From positions 62,992,001 through 63,056,000 of the forward strand of contig OZ024747.1 in the NCBI GenBank assembly GCA_964016885.1: a stretch of 64,000 nt of DNA, in the 5' to 3' direction. Positions 1-13,199 of the stretch are shown here, in pieces. This stretch comes from Eledone cirrhosa (Eukaryota). Both the position numbers and the translations under genes were made by a program. Position 1 is the stretch's first letter. Every line of letters begins with the position of its first letter. Below the pieces are notes generated by a model, which was given only the letters and a program-made list of their open reading frames with translations, made no database searches and was not told where the DNA came from.

Positions 1-309
1 ATAGCATAACAACAAAGGCAATCCAAGAATGACCAGCCTGTCTTACTTTTCAGATACAGTTAATATCTAGGATAACATTTCCAATGTTATTCACTTTTAT
101 TTTAAAGAAGTTAAGGAGTGATGTGAGGGAGATATTGCTACTTTTTCTAGCAAGTGGAGCAGCCACTTTGGTGCCCATTCATTAGTACATTTCTTGCAGT
201 AAGTTCCTTCATTAATGTAAGGGTGTAATGTATGATATATGAATGATAGACTTTTAGATGAGGATAGATTGTACCCTCACAGTAGATTTTATTTGGTTGG
301 ATGGGGGAC

Positions 310-748
310 TGCAGATGTCTGAATGTGATGTGATGGGGTGTGGTAAGTTGTATTTTGTTGTGGTGTGATTTTTGTGGTATTATTGATGTGGTGGAGTGTT
401 GTGGTGCAGTGTATTGTAGTAAGGTGTAGTTTGCTGTTGTGGTGTATTGTGTTGTCATGGTGAGTGTGATTATGGTGTGTTGTGTTTTAGTGTGGTTTGC
501 ATGGTGTGTTGTATTGTGGTGAGGTTTATTATGTTGTAGTGTGGTTATTATGGTATGACATGGTTGATGTGTTGTGTGATGTAGTGCGTTGTGGTGGTGT
601 ATGGTGTGGTAGGATGTGTAGTGTGATGTCCTGTGGTATAGTTTGGTATAGTATTGTGTGCTGTGGTGTAGTGTAATGTAGTGTAGTGTGGTATCATGTG
701 GTATAGCTTGGTGTGGTGTAATGTAGTGTGGTGTGGTATAGTGGGGTG
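310..748. repeat. GT-rich low-complexity tract (gtggt/gtagt/gtgtt pentamers)
   Basis: Degenerate pentamer repeats visible directly; explains ORF 147..458. Confidence 0.85.
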
Positions 749-1097
749 CTATTAACTCTGAGAATAGTGGATGGAATTAACATAGAGAGAAATGACACAG
801 GATTATGAAATTGCTCCCCTTGGCTAGAAAAACATCACTTCATTAGTTCCTTTATTCTAAGGTTCTAAGTTCATATCTTTCCAGGCATGACTTTAATTTA
901 CAAAACAATTTATTCTGGTAATATACTAAGGCATATCCACTTAAATATACTCCACTACACATACAAAGTATTATCTGTGTGTTTATGGATATAAAATCAA
1001 ATCTAATATATGTCAACTGTTAAATGGGTGGAAATAGCAAATACAATACTACTCAATATTGTATTACAAGGTTCAATATTTTCCTATATTGTTGGTT

Positions 1098-1460
1098 CCT
1101 CTGAAGGGTCTTTATAGTAACTTTGGAGTTACTCAATAAAGTGCATAACTTGGAGATCAGAGCATCACTCCAGGTAGAGCCGCTACTTCTTCGAATTGAG
1201 ACATCATAGCTCTGATACGATGAGTATGTGATTAGAATTTGATTAGAATGTCTGGATAGATTTTGCGGGCAAAACCAACTGGGAAGAGACCCAGGGATAG
1301 ACCTCGAGCAAGATGGTTGGATAACATCCATGAGCTTGGCTGGTCATGCTTGGGGATCCAGCCAGATCAATTGGAGATGGTTGCTTCTGACAGGATCTGG
1401 TGGAAGGAGTGTTTGAGGATTCTGCTCCCATGACCCTCTCAGAAATAAGTGGGCGAAGGA
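1098..1460 (+). mobile_element. 3' fragment of an RTE-clade LINE (family copy 1), decayed
   Basis: + strand gives ..IRASLQVEPLLLRIE..AKPTGKRP..RPRARWLDNI..DRIWWKECL, typical RTE C-terminus (GRP..W.D); homologous to 4052-4298 and 10848-11246. Confidence 0.8.
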
Positions 1461-4051
1461 CTTTTTTTTACTATTTAGTCAGAGAGGGAAGAGCAGAGCC
1501 TATGACCCTTTTCAAAGTTTCTTAGACTCATGATAGGGAGGAAGGAGATCTTCTAACTGGATATCTGGTGTAAATACTTGCAACATACTGGGCTCTGTTA
1601 AAGACATCCAAGGCTTAGTTGGTAGTGTTAAACTGGGCAATGGGATAAGTCTACGAACCAAGTTAGATACAGTCGAATTTCAAAACAGAAGACAAAGGAC
1701 TGGTACAAATATCACAGGGCATCTCATTTAATGCCCAAATAATTCCATCAATCCATCATACTGAACTGGTACTTTATTTTAATTATCCCTGAAAGGATAA
1801 GAGGAAAAGTTGGCCTTGCCAGGACTTGAACTAAGATTGTAGAGAGCGAGAACGAATTCCACATTGAATTTTGTCTAATGTTCTATTAACTCTAACAATT
1901 CTATGATGCCAGTGAAAACTCCAACAGCAGCTAGAAATGGTTGACACTCAAAGAGTAGCGAGTCAACAGGTTTCCATGGTGACATTTAAAATGTCAAACT
2001 TGTCTAAACTACAAATGTATCAGTTGTTAAGTTTTCTTGTACAGGAAATGGATTAAAACATGTTTCTTCTTGAACAAATAAAAGCAACACTCTTCCTCAC
2101 AGAAAAGAAATAATTTATTAGTTTCTTGTAAGGGAAATTGTAGTAGATCGACTAAATATATCATTTGAAGGTGAACAGGTTGATCTTTGATAATTTACCA
2201 ATACATTAAACAAATAAATATTTTTATTTCCTTCTGCTTCAAACAGACATTTCTTCATGTTCTGCCTTTACCCATAAATAAAATAGAAATAGAAATAAAT
2301 AAAATGAGAATAGAAAAATAAACTAAAAATAAAATAGTTTATACTTGCAGAATAGTTTGTCTGAGAGTAAAAAAACAACAACAAAAACTGTTTTATTTTA
2401 TTTCATTGTATAATCCATACATAACATAGCCACTACATCTTACTACTGAGAATTTATTGAAAAAATACTTTAGTTTTTTTTTATTGCTTACTGGGGAGGA
2501 ATGAGAGCATCCATAATCATTTTCACGTGTTTATATAAGCGTATATAAATATTTGTGTACATTATGGTATCTAAAGCTGAGTAGTGATATGTCATAATGT
2601 AAAATACATATCCACCTATACACATGCTGTGACATTAAAGGTGAATGTAGAGACAGATCATAGTTTGCTAATTGAAACTACTGAATGATGACAGTATAAG
2701 ATTTGCGAAGACTCTTCAGCCTGGCCTAACATGCGACAAACTCTATAGTGCTGGTGCTATGCTAGGATGTACCCAGCATGCTCTGAAACATGTTAATGCT
2801 TGTACCATGAAAGGGGGCACCCAAGCCACCCTGTGAAGTGGTAGTGCTGGCATCATGAAAAACATCCCCATGATAGTGTTACAAAAGATGGTTGGTGTTT
2901 GGAAGTGCATCCAACAGTGGAAATCATGGCATATATGGAACATAATAAGGAAGATTGGTCACTCTGAAACATTGGTCTTCCCAGAATTTGTCTCTCACTA
3001 AGGGCCCTTTCAGCTCCCATGTCTTTCTTTTCTATATTAACTACTGTCCCCACCTCCATCTGGCTCTAATTAATAATTACATGTGGATTTAATTTAAAGT
3101 CACGACCTACTAGGTTATGTCGTGTGTTACATGCTTCACCAACTGACTTTGTATTTACAAGCATCTGCACTGATTCCTGTCGAGGATAAAATCTATTTGG
3201 CTTGTGTGGTTGCCTGATTGATAGATAATCAGATAGTTGGCTAATATTCTGAAGTTAGTGTTGCAGATAGGTAATTTACAAGATTTGTTATCTGAAAACA
3301 TGTGTTGAAACAAATATTGTTATACTTTGAGAGGGTCACGCTGCCACTAAAAACATATTCACCCATTGGGTTTCACTTTAATTTACTATTATAATTCCCC
3401 AGTTGGTAATATTTTTACACCCCCAGGCACACACACACACACACACACAGACACACACGCAGACACACACACATAATGAATACATCTTTGCATATATTTT
3501 CAAATCTCAAACAGAAAATAGAAAAAAATATTTTTAAATGTTTTGATAAGAAATTACACTATACTGAATTCTAAGAATTTATATTTCAGAAATTATATTT
3601 CATCTTTATTCATTGTTATTTTGTTATCTTGTTTGTTTTACGAGAGACATTTTAATTGCTTTAGGTGAACTGGTTAAAACTACTTTTATCCTAATAAAAC
3701 TGCTAAGCATTGGATACATAACTTTAAAAAAAAAAAAAAAGGGGTTTTACAATTTCACAGGAATAAACTGCTGCTGATATCGCTATCATCATCATCACCA
3801 CCATCACCATTCTTCTTATTCTTATTATTATTTATGCTAGAAGAAGAACATTGCCCTTGAGAATGTTGCCTTCAGAATGGTATTTTTTGTATATATTAAA
3901 ATGCTTACATACAGCAAATAAGATAAATGTCTTATATAAATGTGTGTGTGTGTATATATATGTGATATATGTATATGTAGAAAATATATGTAGGTGTAAA
4001 AAAGGAAAAGGAAAACAGTGCTTAATCAGGGATGAGAGCTGATATATCTTT

Positions 4052-4298
4052 TTCTTCTTCTTTGCCCACTTATTCCTGAGAGAGTCATGAGGGAAGAGTC
4101 CTCAAACACTCCCTCCAGCGGGTCCTGTCAGAAGCAACCATCTCCAACTGATCTAACCGGATCCCCAAGCGAGACCAGCCAAGCTCATGGATGTTATCCA
4201 ACCATCTTGCTTAGCGCTTACGCCTGGGTTTCCTGCCAGCTGATTTTGCCCATAAAATCTGCCCAGTAATTCTTTCCTGAGGCACTCTAACCATGTGC
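4052..4298 (-). mobile_element. 3' fragment of the same RTE LINE family (copy 2) with (GAA)n tail
   Basis: Reverse complement matches 1260-1460; begins with ttcttcttc tail. Confidence 0.8.
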
Positions 4299-4489
4299 TG
4301 ATATATTATATTATTTTTGTTCATACATAAAACAAGAGCACGACCTAAAGTTTCAATCCCCAATATTGACCATATTTCTACATTGTTCTAGGGATCAAAA
4401 TTGTGACCTAATATTCAGGCGCTTAGATGAGTGTGAAGATACCGTTAAAAGTATAGCATCACAGGATCACATCACAGCAAAATCTAATA

Positions 4490-4950
4490 TTGTTTGAGAC
4501 AGATCCATCTGGTTTCCTTGTACATTTCCTAACCCAGGATAATTATTGGTTCATCATTTTTAAGTCGGAGACAAAGAAACAATCCATGCAGTAGAAACAC
4601 CCCTCTTCAACTTCTCCAAAGAAGGCCAAGGTCGTTTCATGTGCAGGGAAGGTGATAGTCTCAGTTTTGGGGATGCAAAAGGTATTGTGTTTATTAAATA
4701 GTTTCAAAAGAGTCACATGATCAATGGAGAGTATTATGCCAGCTTGCTGGTGCAGTTACAAAATGCTATCAAGACCAAATGCCTAGGAAAACTGACGAAA
4801 GGGTACTTATTTCATCAGGACCATGCTCCAGCCCACAGTTCCTTGGTTTCAATGGCTATTGTGCATAACTGGGGCTTTGAACTGGTTGATCACTCTCCCT
4901 ATTTTACTGATTTTGCCCCATCTGACTATCATCTGTTCCCCAAATTTACT
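4490..4950 (+). pseudogene. Mariner (DD34D-type) transposase catalytic-domain fragment with stops and frameshifts
   Basis: ..FLTQDNYW..ETKKQSMQ*KHP..KKAK..AGKV.. then INGEYYASLL..LFHQDHAPAH..HSPYFTDFAPSDYHLFPK (cf. mariner HDNA and YSPDLAPSD motifs). Confidence 0.9.
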
Positions 4951-5377
4951 GATCATATATTTCTCTACTACTCACTGTTATGAGATCACATACGATGTGT
5001 ATGTTTTTACTTATGTATGTATGTACTCACATGTGTTTGCATCTATGTATGTGTAGACCTGCAACTCCATTAGGAGTTGTAGAGAAACTGAAGTGTTATA
5101 TGCCAATTAGAAAAAAGTTTGAACCCATCCCACTCCAGGACTGAACTTAGCTGATTTCTGTGTGTGTGAGAAAAAATTGACCCAGTACTGCACTAGTACA
5201 TTTTTGTATCAACCTAGACAAGATGAAAGTCAAAGTTTGACCTTGGTGAGATTTGAACTCAAGGTACAGAGAACAGAAACAAACAACCACAAATCATTCT
5301 GTCCGACATTCTACCAACTCTGCCAATATGCTGCCTTTTACAAACAATAAATAGATCAACAAATAACTGGCACTCCA

Positions 5378-5940
5378 TTGGTTACAACGACTAGTGTTCC
5401 AGTTGAGCCAATCAGCAGAATAGCCTGCTTGTGAAATTAACGTGCAAGTGGTTGAGTATTCCACAGACATGCATACCTTTAATGTATAGTTCTCAGGGAG
5501 ATTCAACATGACACAGAATATGATAAGGCTGGCTCTTTGAATTACAGGCGCAATTCATTTTTGCCAGCTGGAGCAATGTGAAATAAAGTGTCTTGCTCAA
5601 GGACCAAACACACTGCCAGGAATCAAACTCATGACCTTACGATTGTGAGCGGAGAACCCTATCAACAGAACAGCCTACTCGTGAAATTAACATGCAAGTG
5701 GGTGAGCATTCCACATACATGCATACCCTTAGCGTAGTTCTCAGGGAGATTCAGCTGGACACAGAATGTGACAAGGCTGCCTGCCTCTTCGAATTACAAG
5801 TACAACTAATTTTTGCCAGCTGAGTGGATTGGAGCAATGTGAAATAAAGTGTCTTGCTCAAAGACATGTGCCACCAGGAATCGAATGCACAACCTTATGA
5901 TTGTGAGTCAAATACTCTAACCACAAAGCCACACACTTTC
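5378..5940 (-). mobile_element. Two tandem copies of a tRNA-derived SINE with CORE-like centre
   Basis: aacagcctgct..gtgaaattaa..gttctcagggagattca..ggagcaatgtgaaataaagtgtcttgctcaa occurs twice (about 5395-5660 and 5662-5940); tRNA-like head at right end on - strand; another copy at about 50655-50910. Confidence 0.8.
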
Positions 5941-6654
5941 ATAGATCACCAAATATAGACAGCATTGATATCAACAAAATCAAATACTACTAAAGCTTTC
6001 AGAATTCAAAACTTTCTACATAGTATTTTATCATGCAGATTGTATCTTTGGGTAATTAACCTCAGTGGTTTACATTTTTCTACCAAGGAACTTTAGTTTA
6101 TAGATATATTACTTCATGCATAAGCATATTTCAGAAGTCATTTTGTTATTTAATTAATTAATTTAGTTGATTAATTCATTTAATTTATTTATGTTTTTTT
6201 TTTGTTATTTCCATCATCCATTTAAACTTTTTACAATGGCTAGCATCTCAACCATACGAATTGACACAATCATTCTAAACAAAATTCTTTGCCTTGACTA
6301 ATCTTCAAACCACATTATCTTCCATTTAATATGGTTTTGGAATAATAATAATAAAAAAAAAAATCACACACACACACACACAAACAAATATAATAAAAAG
6401 CAAAGTTTTGTTTCACCAAACTTAATTTTTTGGCTCATCAGAAAAAATGTTAAAAATATCATAAAATAAGATTTGGAAGTCATTATGAAGGATAAAAAAA
6501 AATAATGATGATGATGATGGCTTAGTTTTAATATAGTAATGTCATCAGTCAGGTATAACTAATGATGTTTTATGCGTGCTAGTCAGAAGGAAACTAAGAT
6601 AACTTTATATGATATGTTGTATAGTTATTTTGGTGTTGTACAATTGATGTGAGT

Positions 6655-6798
6655 TGCATTGTGTACTTCTGTCTGTGCATCTGTATGTATGCAGCTGTAT
6701 GTAGCATCTGTTTGTGTGCATCTGTATGTGATATCTGTTTGTGTGCATCTGTATGTATGCATCTGTATGTGACATCTGTTTGTGTGCATCTGTATGTT
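6655..6798. repeat. Minisatellite of tgtgcatctgtatg-type units
   Basis: Direct tandem repetition; explains ORFs at 6605-6858. Confidence 0.85.
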
Positions 6799-7006
6799 TT
6801 TTGTCATCGCTTTCCACTTCTTCAAGTTACCCCTCACCAACTGTTAATGAAGGTATAACATAACCCCTGAAGATATGATCTATGGCAGAAGTTAATACAA
6901 ACCATTTCATATAATTGTTCATTTACAAATAGTTTTACCATGTACCAGCACTGGGGATGATGTTATGTCTTTGACACAGCTGAAGCAACCTTTCAACCCA
7001 TATGTA

Positions 7007-7195
7007 CAGGTAAAATTCCGTTATAACAAATACCAATATAATGAATTTTTCAGTATAACAATTTTTTTTTTCAATCCCTGAGGTAGTAACAAACAAATGT
7101 TCGATTTGTTTTGGTCAATCTCCTTATAAAGAATTTTTTGTTACAACTAATTTAAAAAAAAAACCCTTAAATTTTGTTATTACGGAATTTCACTG
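7007..7195. mobile_element. Tc1/mariner/pogo-type MITE
   Basis: Imperfect terminal inverted repeats CAGGTAAAATTCCGTTATAACAAA / TTTGTTATTACGGAATTTCACTG flanked by TA on both sides. Confidence 0.75.
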
Positions 7196-8309
7196 TATAA
7201 GTATAATATATGTAAGTGTGTGTGTGTATAAATAAAAATATATATAGAGAGAGGGAGAGAGGGAGGGGAGGGGAGAAAAATAGATCTATCATTGGTTTTC
7301 ATTGGAAAGGTATTTGCACTTGGTGACTGTTTATACAATATGAAAAAGACCCCATCAATGATGACAAAGAGGAAGAATTTGGTGTTGAAGTCACAGTAGA
7401 GATTGTAGCAAATATAATGAATTTATCAATAGTAGTATTACTTACAGAATCAATTTGATTAAGCAAATATAAGGGACTGTAAATTATAAAAGAAATTCAG
7501 GAAAGTAAAAATGTGTTTATTGAAATTGTAATCAGAGCCGTTTTGTCTAAACATTCTACAAAACTGTTATTAAAGGGAGTGAGGAATATGTCATAACAAA
7601 TAATATTCAAAATTTGTTTTGTTATTTGTTAGTCAACTGTCAGGCGAAATAATTGAAAAATATACATAGTGTAATTTATTTTTCAGTTCCATGTTTCAAT
7701 CAATACAAAAGCCCCCCCCCCCCCCCCCAAAAAAAAAAGAAAAAAAAAAAGAAAATTAAGAATCAAAAAGCAAATTTTCTTCTATACAATAAGAAAAGAG
7801 TTTAGCATTATTTATTTCAATTTCTTTTTTTTTTTTATTTTCCTGAATGATCTGTGTGAATATATTAAGAGAAATATATTTTTTTACTTCTATTGCACTC
7901 GGCTTGAAACAAAAAGTAATTTCAATATTGATTAATAGTCAAAAGCTTTCTGATGTCATTAAAGGCATCCGTTGATTAAATATTTCTATGGTTGGAGAAT
8001 TGTTGTGGAGGTGGTCGTGATGGTGGTGGTGGTTATAGTGTTAATGGTCGTGGGAGTGGAGTGTTAGAAGAGTGGTCATTATCAGTAAGAAAACACACCT
8101 TTTCTTTTCAGTGCAGGTGCTTGAAAATCTTTGGTAAATAGTAATTAAATAAATTCAATATAAAAGGTTGAACAGTTCAATCTGAATGAAGATGTTAGTT
8201 TGTTTTTTATCATCAACTATACACTGTAGAGACTATTCCTAGTGAATAAAGTGTCAGATAACAATACTAAATGTTTTCTTTCTCAAATCCATTCACCAGC
8301 ATTGTGCTT

Positions 8310-8598
8310 GAACATGGCCTTGAACACAACATTAAGCCTTATGTTGTGTTCAAGGCCATGACACTTAAATACTGTCTTATTCAAGGCCAAGCTACCTAAA
8401 TACTGTTGTATTCAAGATCAAGCTACTTAAAGGCTAAGACTCCTAAATCTTAGGTTATATTCAAGGCTAAGACTCCTAAATCTTGTGTAATGTTCAAGAC
8501 TAAACACTTCTAAATCTTATGTTGTGTTCAAGACTAAACACTTCTAAATCTTATGTTGTGTTCAAGGCTAAGTTTCCTAAATCTTATGTTGCATTCAA
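8310..8598. repeat. Minisatellite of about 30-bp units (taaatcttatgttgtgttcaag..)
   Basis: Repeated ttcaaggc/ttcaagac..taaatcttatgttgtg units. Confidence 0.85.
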
Positions 8599-9352
8599 TT
8601 TACCTGGATTTCCTATGTAGGGGATTGAAGTGGTAGAATCATTAGAATGAAAGACAAATTATCTTGCAGTATTTTTTCTGGTTCTCTGTGCTCTGGATTC
8701 ATGTCTCATTGTGTTCAACTTTGCTTGTCAGTCATTCAGAGTTGATAAAATGAAAGAGTCCCATCATATATATATAAATGTATATATGTGGGTGTGTTTG
8801 TGTCTTTGTTTAATTTAGGGACTTTGACAAAAAGGTAACGATAAAGTAACAAACTTGAAAAAATAAGCAGTAAGGTCAATATGCCTGATTAATTCCCTTC
8901 AAGGTGGTACTCCAGCATGACCTCAGTCAAATGACTGAAATAAAAGAATTTTGTAATGGATTTTGGTGACTGCCAGCCTTTACAACACTGATCACTGTTA
9001 ACATTTATTAATCTTGGCAGGCTGCCATATCAGTCGAAAGACATTGACTGTAAACAGCTTGCAGAGTTTCATCTAATATGCTTGCTGTTATGTTTCAAAA
9101 TAAATTGTTGTTGCATCGTTAATAATCCAATTTTCTTTCTTTAGTTCTTCTTTTATCATGTCTGTTTATTCAGACTTATAAAAGAAGAGCTCGTAAGAAA
9201 TTTTCTCAGTCAAATAATGATAATAATGTAATAATAATAATGATGATGATATTTCAACTATAGGCCAAAGGCCAGCAATTTTGGGGGAGGGGAAAAGTCG
9301 ATTACATTGACTGGTACTTTATTTTATTGACCCTGTAAAGGTGAAAGGCAAG

Positions 9353-10735
9353 GATTTGGATTGGAAAAATGCACAAAAGCAACATTCAAGAAAGGCAGAA
9401 TGAGAAGCCCAAACTCAATGGAAATAGATGTGAATTAAGCAACTCGAACAGGAACAAACCTTCAGATATTTTGGGATCAATCAAGGCCAAGGTATTCATC
9501 ACACCAGCATAAAAGAGAGAATCAGGTAGGAATACTGCTGGAGAATATGTGCTGTCTTGAAAGCTGAGCTCAACTCACAGAATTTAATATCTGCCATAAA
9601 TGCACTTGCAATTCCAGTTGTCACATATAATTTCAATGTCATAATTGGAATGTTAATAGAATAAAGAAAATGGACGTCAAAATCAGGAAACCTCTTACCT
9701 GTAATAAAATACATCACTCAAAAGCAGGTGTGAATCACCTCTATCTCCCTAGACAAAAGCAGGTGTGAATCACCTCTATCTCCCTAGACAAAAGCAGGTG
9801 TGAATCACCTCTATCTCCCTAGACAAAACAGAGGTAGAGAAATGATCCAGCTTGAGCTGTCATTCAAAATATCAACCGTTGGACTCTAACAATACCTTAA
9901 CATTTCAGATGAGTCAATGATGAAAATGGTAACAGATTATGAAAGGATGAAGAGGTTACTTTCAGTCACGAAGGAAAGTAGGAAGTTTGTGGAAGAATTT
10001 GGAATACATTTTGAAAATGATGGCGATTCCACAATTAAAGCTGCAAAGAATATCAAAATGTTGGCAAAACATGAAGGTCAATGGAAACTGTGCACTAAAT
10101 GGGAGCAAAAACAACTGCATGGGCAGTATGTTCTCTGTAGCAAAGAATCTAATGTAGATCAAACTCTCACCCATCAATGGGTGTAGAATTCTGGGCTAAA
10201 ATTTGAGTGTAAGGGGGTTCATTTTGGCTGCACAAGACCAGCGTTTTAAAACACAACTTTCAAACCGATGTGATCAGAAATGGGACTGTCACAAAGTATC
10301 AAGTCTGCAATGAGCATGTTGAGACCATTGACCACATGGTTTCAGGCTGCAAAGTATTAGCTTCCTAGAATGTAAAACTAGGCATAATAGTATAGAGTAA
10401 TATTTACCTTTGGTAATATGCAGGTTTTATGGTATAAAAACAGAGGGAAAATGGTACAGCCATCACCAAGATGCAGTAACAGGAGGTGAGATTGTGACAA
10501 TCCTATGGGATTTTCCTGTGAACATTGACAGAATAATCAAAGCCAACAGACCTGATATAATTGTGAAGGACCATAAAGAGAAAACATGCATCTTAATTGA
10601 CATGAGCATTCCATCAGATCGTAACATCTCTACAAAAGAGTGCCAAAAGCTCAGTAAATATAAAGATCTATCAACTGAAATTGAGAAAATGTGACATCTT
10701 AAAGCTTGTACAGTACCAGTGATAGTTGGTGCACA
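9353..10735 (+). pseudogene. R4/Dong-like non-LTR retrotransposon 3' half (RT end, Zn knuckle, restriction-like endonuclease), decayed
   Basis: FGLEKC; LYLPRQ..GRG-like; WEQKQLHGQY; AAQDQ; VCNEHVETIDHMVSGC; ILWDFPVNIDRIIKANRPDIIVKD..LIDMSIPSDRN..KLSKYKDL..VPVIVGA; many stops. Confidence 0.88.
9721..9828. repeat. Perfect 35-bp tandem triplication inside the LINE relic
   Basis: aaagcaggtgtgaatcacctctatctccctagaca at 9721, 9756, 9791. Confidence 0.95.
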
Positions 10736-10847
10736 ATTCCTGTCACTCCACTGCTTCTAACTATAATATATTAATTCCTAACATTAATTTTAGGCAAAAG
10801 TATAATTGATTAAATCAACCCCAGAAAGAGTAATGACTGAAAGAATA

Positions 10848-11246
10848 TGATCGTGAATACAAGCGGCTGAAATGTGATTCCTCCGAAGAGTCTTTGGAGT
10901 AATGTTACTCGATAAAGTGCATAGCTTGGAGATAAGAGAGTCACTCCAGGTTGAGCTGCTACTTCTTTGAATTGAGAGATCACAGCTCTAATACTTTGGG
11001 TATGTGATTAGAATGTCTCAGGAAAGAATTACTGGACAGATTGCATGGGCAAAACCAACCAGCAGAAGTCCCAGGGGTAGACCTTGAGCAAGATGGTTGG
11101 ATAGCATCCATGAACTTAGCTGGTCATGCTTGAGGATCCAGCCGGATCATTTGGATAGAATTGCTTCTGACAGGGCCCGCTCGAAGGAGTGTTTGAGGTC
11201 TCTATCCTCATGACCCTCTCAAGAATAAGTGGGAGAAGAAGAAGAA
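10848..11246 (+). mobile_element. 3' fragment of RTE LINE family (copy 3) with (GAA)n tail
   Basis: Homologous to 1098-1460; ends gtgggagaagaagaagaa. Confidence 0.85.
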
Positions 11247-11411
11247 CCCCAGAAGGACGAAAGACAGAACTGACCTTTATGGGATTTGAACTCTGAACCT
11301 GAACTTAAAAAGCCATAACTAAGTACAAAAGCAATTTTATCCAGCACTCTATTAGATTTTCGAAACCATCTTGAAAATAAATAGGAGAAAATTTTCTCTT
11401 TCTATTATAAT

Positions 11412-11700
11412 ATAATTGTTTCTACTTTTGGCACAAGGCCAGCAATTACCCAGTACATTACTGGTACTTTATTTTATCGACCCCGTAAGGATGAAAGGCA
11501 AAGTTAACCTCGGCGGGATTTGAACTCAGAATGGAAAGGGCCGTAACTCTATGCATCAAAGCATGGTGTCCGACCCTCTACCGATACTGCCAATCCACCG
11601 CCCTATAATATAATTGTTTCTACTTTAGGCACAAGGCCAGCAATTACCCAGTGCATTACTGGTACTTTATTTTATCGACCCCGTAAGGATGAAAGGCAAA
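11412..11700 (-). mobile_element. tRNA-derived SINE 'family B', full copy plus adjacent partial copy
   Basis: - strand: A-box tggcagtatcggtag, B-box gagttcaaatccc, centre gcctttcatccttacggggtcgataaaataaagtacc, tail agtagaaacaattat. Confidence 0.9.
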
Positions 11701-12039
11701 GGCATGAAAGATGTTTTGATGTTGTTTTCAAATTTATGTTCAAAATATTTCCAAATATTATTCTTGGTTTAATTAAATATTCCGGGAATCGTTAAAAGAA
11801 ATTTAAATTCTTTAATTTACAGTCAATATTTTGATTCAATTTAGCAGTAAAATTCTTTATTAGAAAACTAATTTTATTGTGCAAATAACTGCAGAAACTG
11901 TTAAACATAGCGTTCTGTAAAAACATAATGAAACTCACAAGATATGGAACAACTGAAAATTATGGTTTCTGGCAAATCCGTCATTTAATTTAGAGAGTCT
12001 TCCATTTGATATATCAATACAGGTATGGTTAAGTGTAGG

Positions 12040-12270
12040 GGTGGCTGTGTGGTGGAGGTGTGGCTGTGTGGTGGAGGTATAGATGTATGACTGTGTGGCT
12101 GTGGTGGAGGTGTGATTGTGCAGTGGAGGTATGGCTGTGTAGTGAAGGTATGGCTGTGTGGTGAAGGTATGGCTGTGTAGTGACGGTATGGCTGTGTGGT
12201 GAAGGTATGGCTCTGTAGCGAAGGTATGGCTGTGTGGTGAAGGTATGGCTGTGTGGTGGAGGTATGGCTA
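12040..12270. repeat. 19-bp minisatellite (aggtatggctgtgtggtga)
   Basis: Roughly a dozen tandem units visible. Confidence 0.9.
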
Positions 12271-12279
12271 TAAGACACA

Positions 12280-12460
12280 TGGATGGCTGTGTGGTTAAGA
12301 AGTTTACTTTAAAACCACGTTTTGGGGTTGGTCCCACTATGTAGTGCCTTAGGCAAGTGTCTTTTACTCTAGCTTCAAGCTGATCAAAACATTGAGTGAA
12401 ATTTGGTAGACACAAGCTGTGCATAAGCCTGTCATATATATGTGTGTGTGTGTATTTGTT
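12280..12460 (+). mobile_element. Old tRNA-derived SINE 'family D'
   Basis: atggctgtgtggttaag head, ccttaggcaagtgtc CORE-like segment, gagtgaaatttggtagac; related copies at about 14700-14850 and 43815-43990. Confidence 0.7.
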
Positions 12461-12868
12461 TCTACATATATCTTCACATTGATACTGCTTAAACAAATGT
12501 TGCTGATCAGTGAAATCAATATCATTTTATATGTTACAAAGCCTCTTATTCTAAAGTGTTTCTATTTAAAATGAAACCTACCATATTCATTTTATGTGAG
12601 AGCCTGTTTTTTAATGCCATCCTAATAATTGTTTTTAATTAAGGCACAAGGTCAATAATTTTCTGGCAGATGACAAATTTTATTAGATTGATCCCAGTAC
12701 ATGACTGATATTTTATTTTATCAATCATGGAAAGATGAAAGGCAAAGTTAATTTCAGCAGGATTTGAACTCAGAACAGAAAAGGCTGTAACCAAATGTTG
12801 CAAATAATTTTGTCTGATGTTTGGATGACTGTGTCAATTCACTCCCCTCTAATACCAGCCTAATAATG

Positions 12869-13081
12869 GTTTCTGATTTAGGCATAAGGCCAGCAATTCC
12901 GGGAGAGGGGAAAGTCGATTAAATCAACCCCAGTGTGTGACTGGTACTTTATTTTATCAACCCTGTAAGGATGAAAGGCAACGCTAACCTCGGCGGGACT
13001 TGAACTCAGTGTAAAGGGTCGTAACTCTATGCCGCTAAGCATGTTGTCCGATGCTCTACCGATTCTGCCAAGCCACCACCC
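12869..13081 (-). mobile_element. SINE family B (long variant) with 16-bp TSD
   Basis: Flanked by taccagcctaataatg at 12853-12868 and 13082-13097. Confidence 0.9.
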
Positions 13082-13199
13082 TACCAGCCTAATAATGAAA
13101 AAAACATTTAGTTAATTCAGTAAATCTCCAAAGTTTTTCTCATCAGAGAATAACTAAAGCATTCCAAGCTCTTGATGTTTCAACTTACTCAATAAACAC

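Noticed and set aside
8310-9828. Regular 30-35-bp repeats resembling CRISPR arrays (also 17216-17550)
   Set aside because: No unique spacers between identical repeats, no cas genes, eukaryotic context
11985-12496. His/Pro/Thr-rich ORFs
   Set aside because: Produced by the 19-bp minisatellite and a SINE
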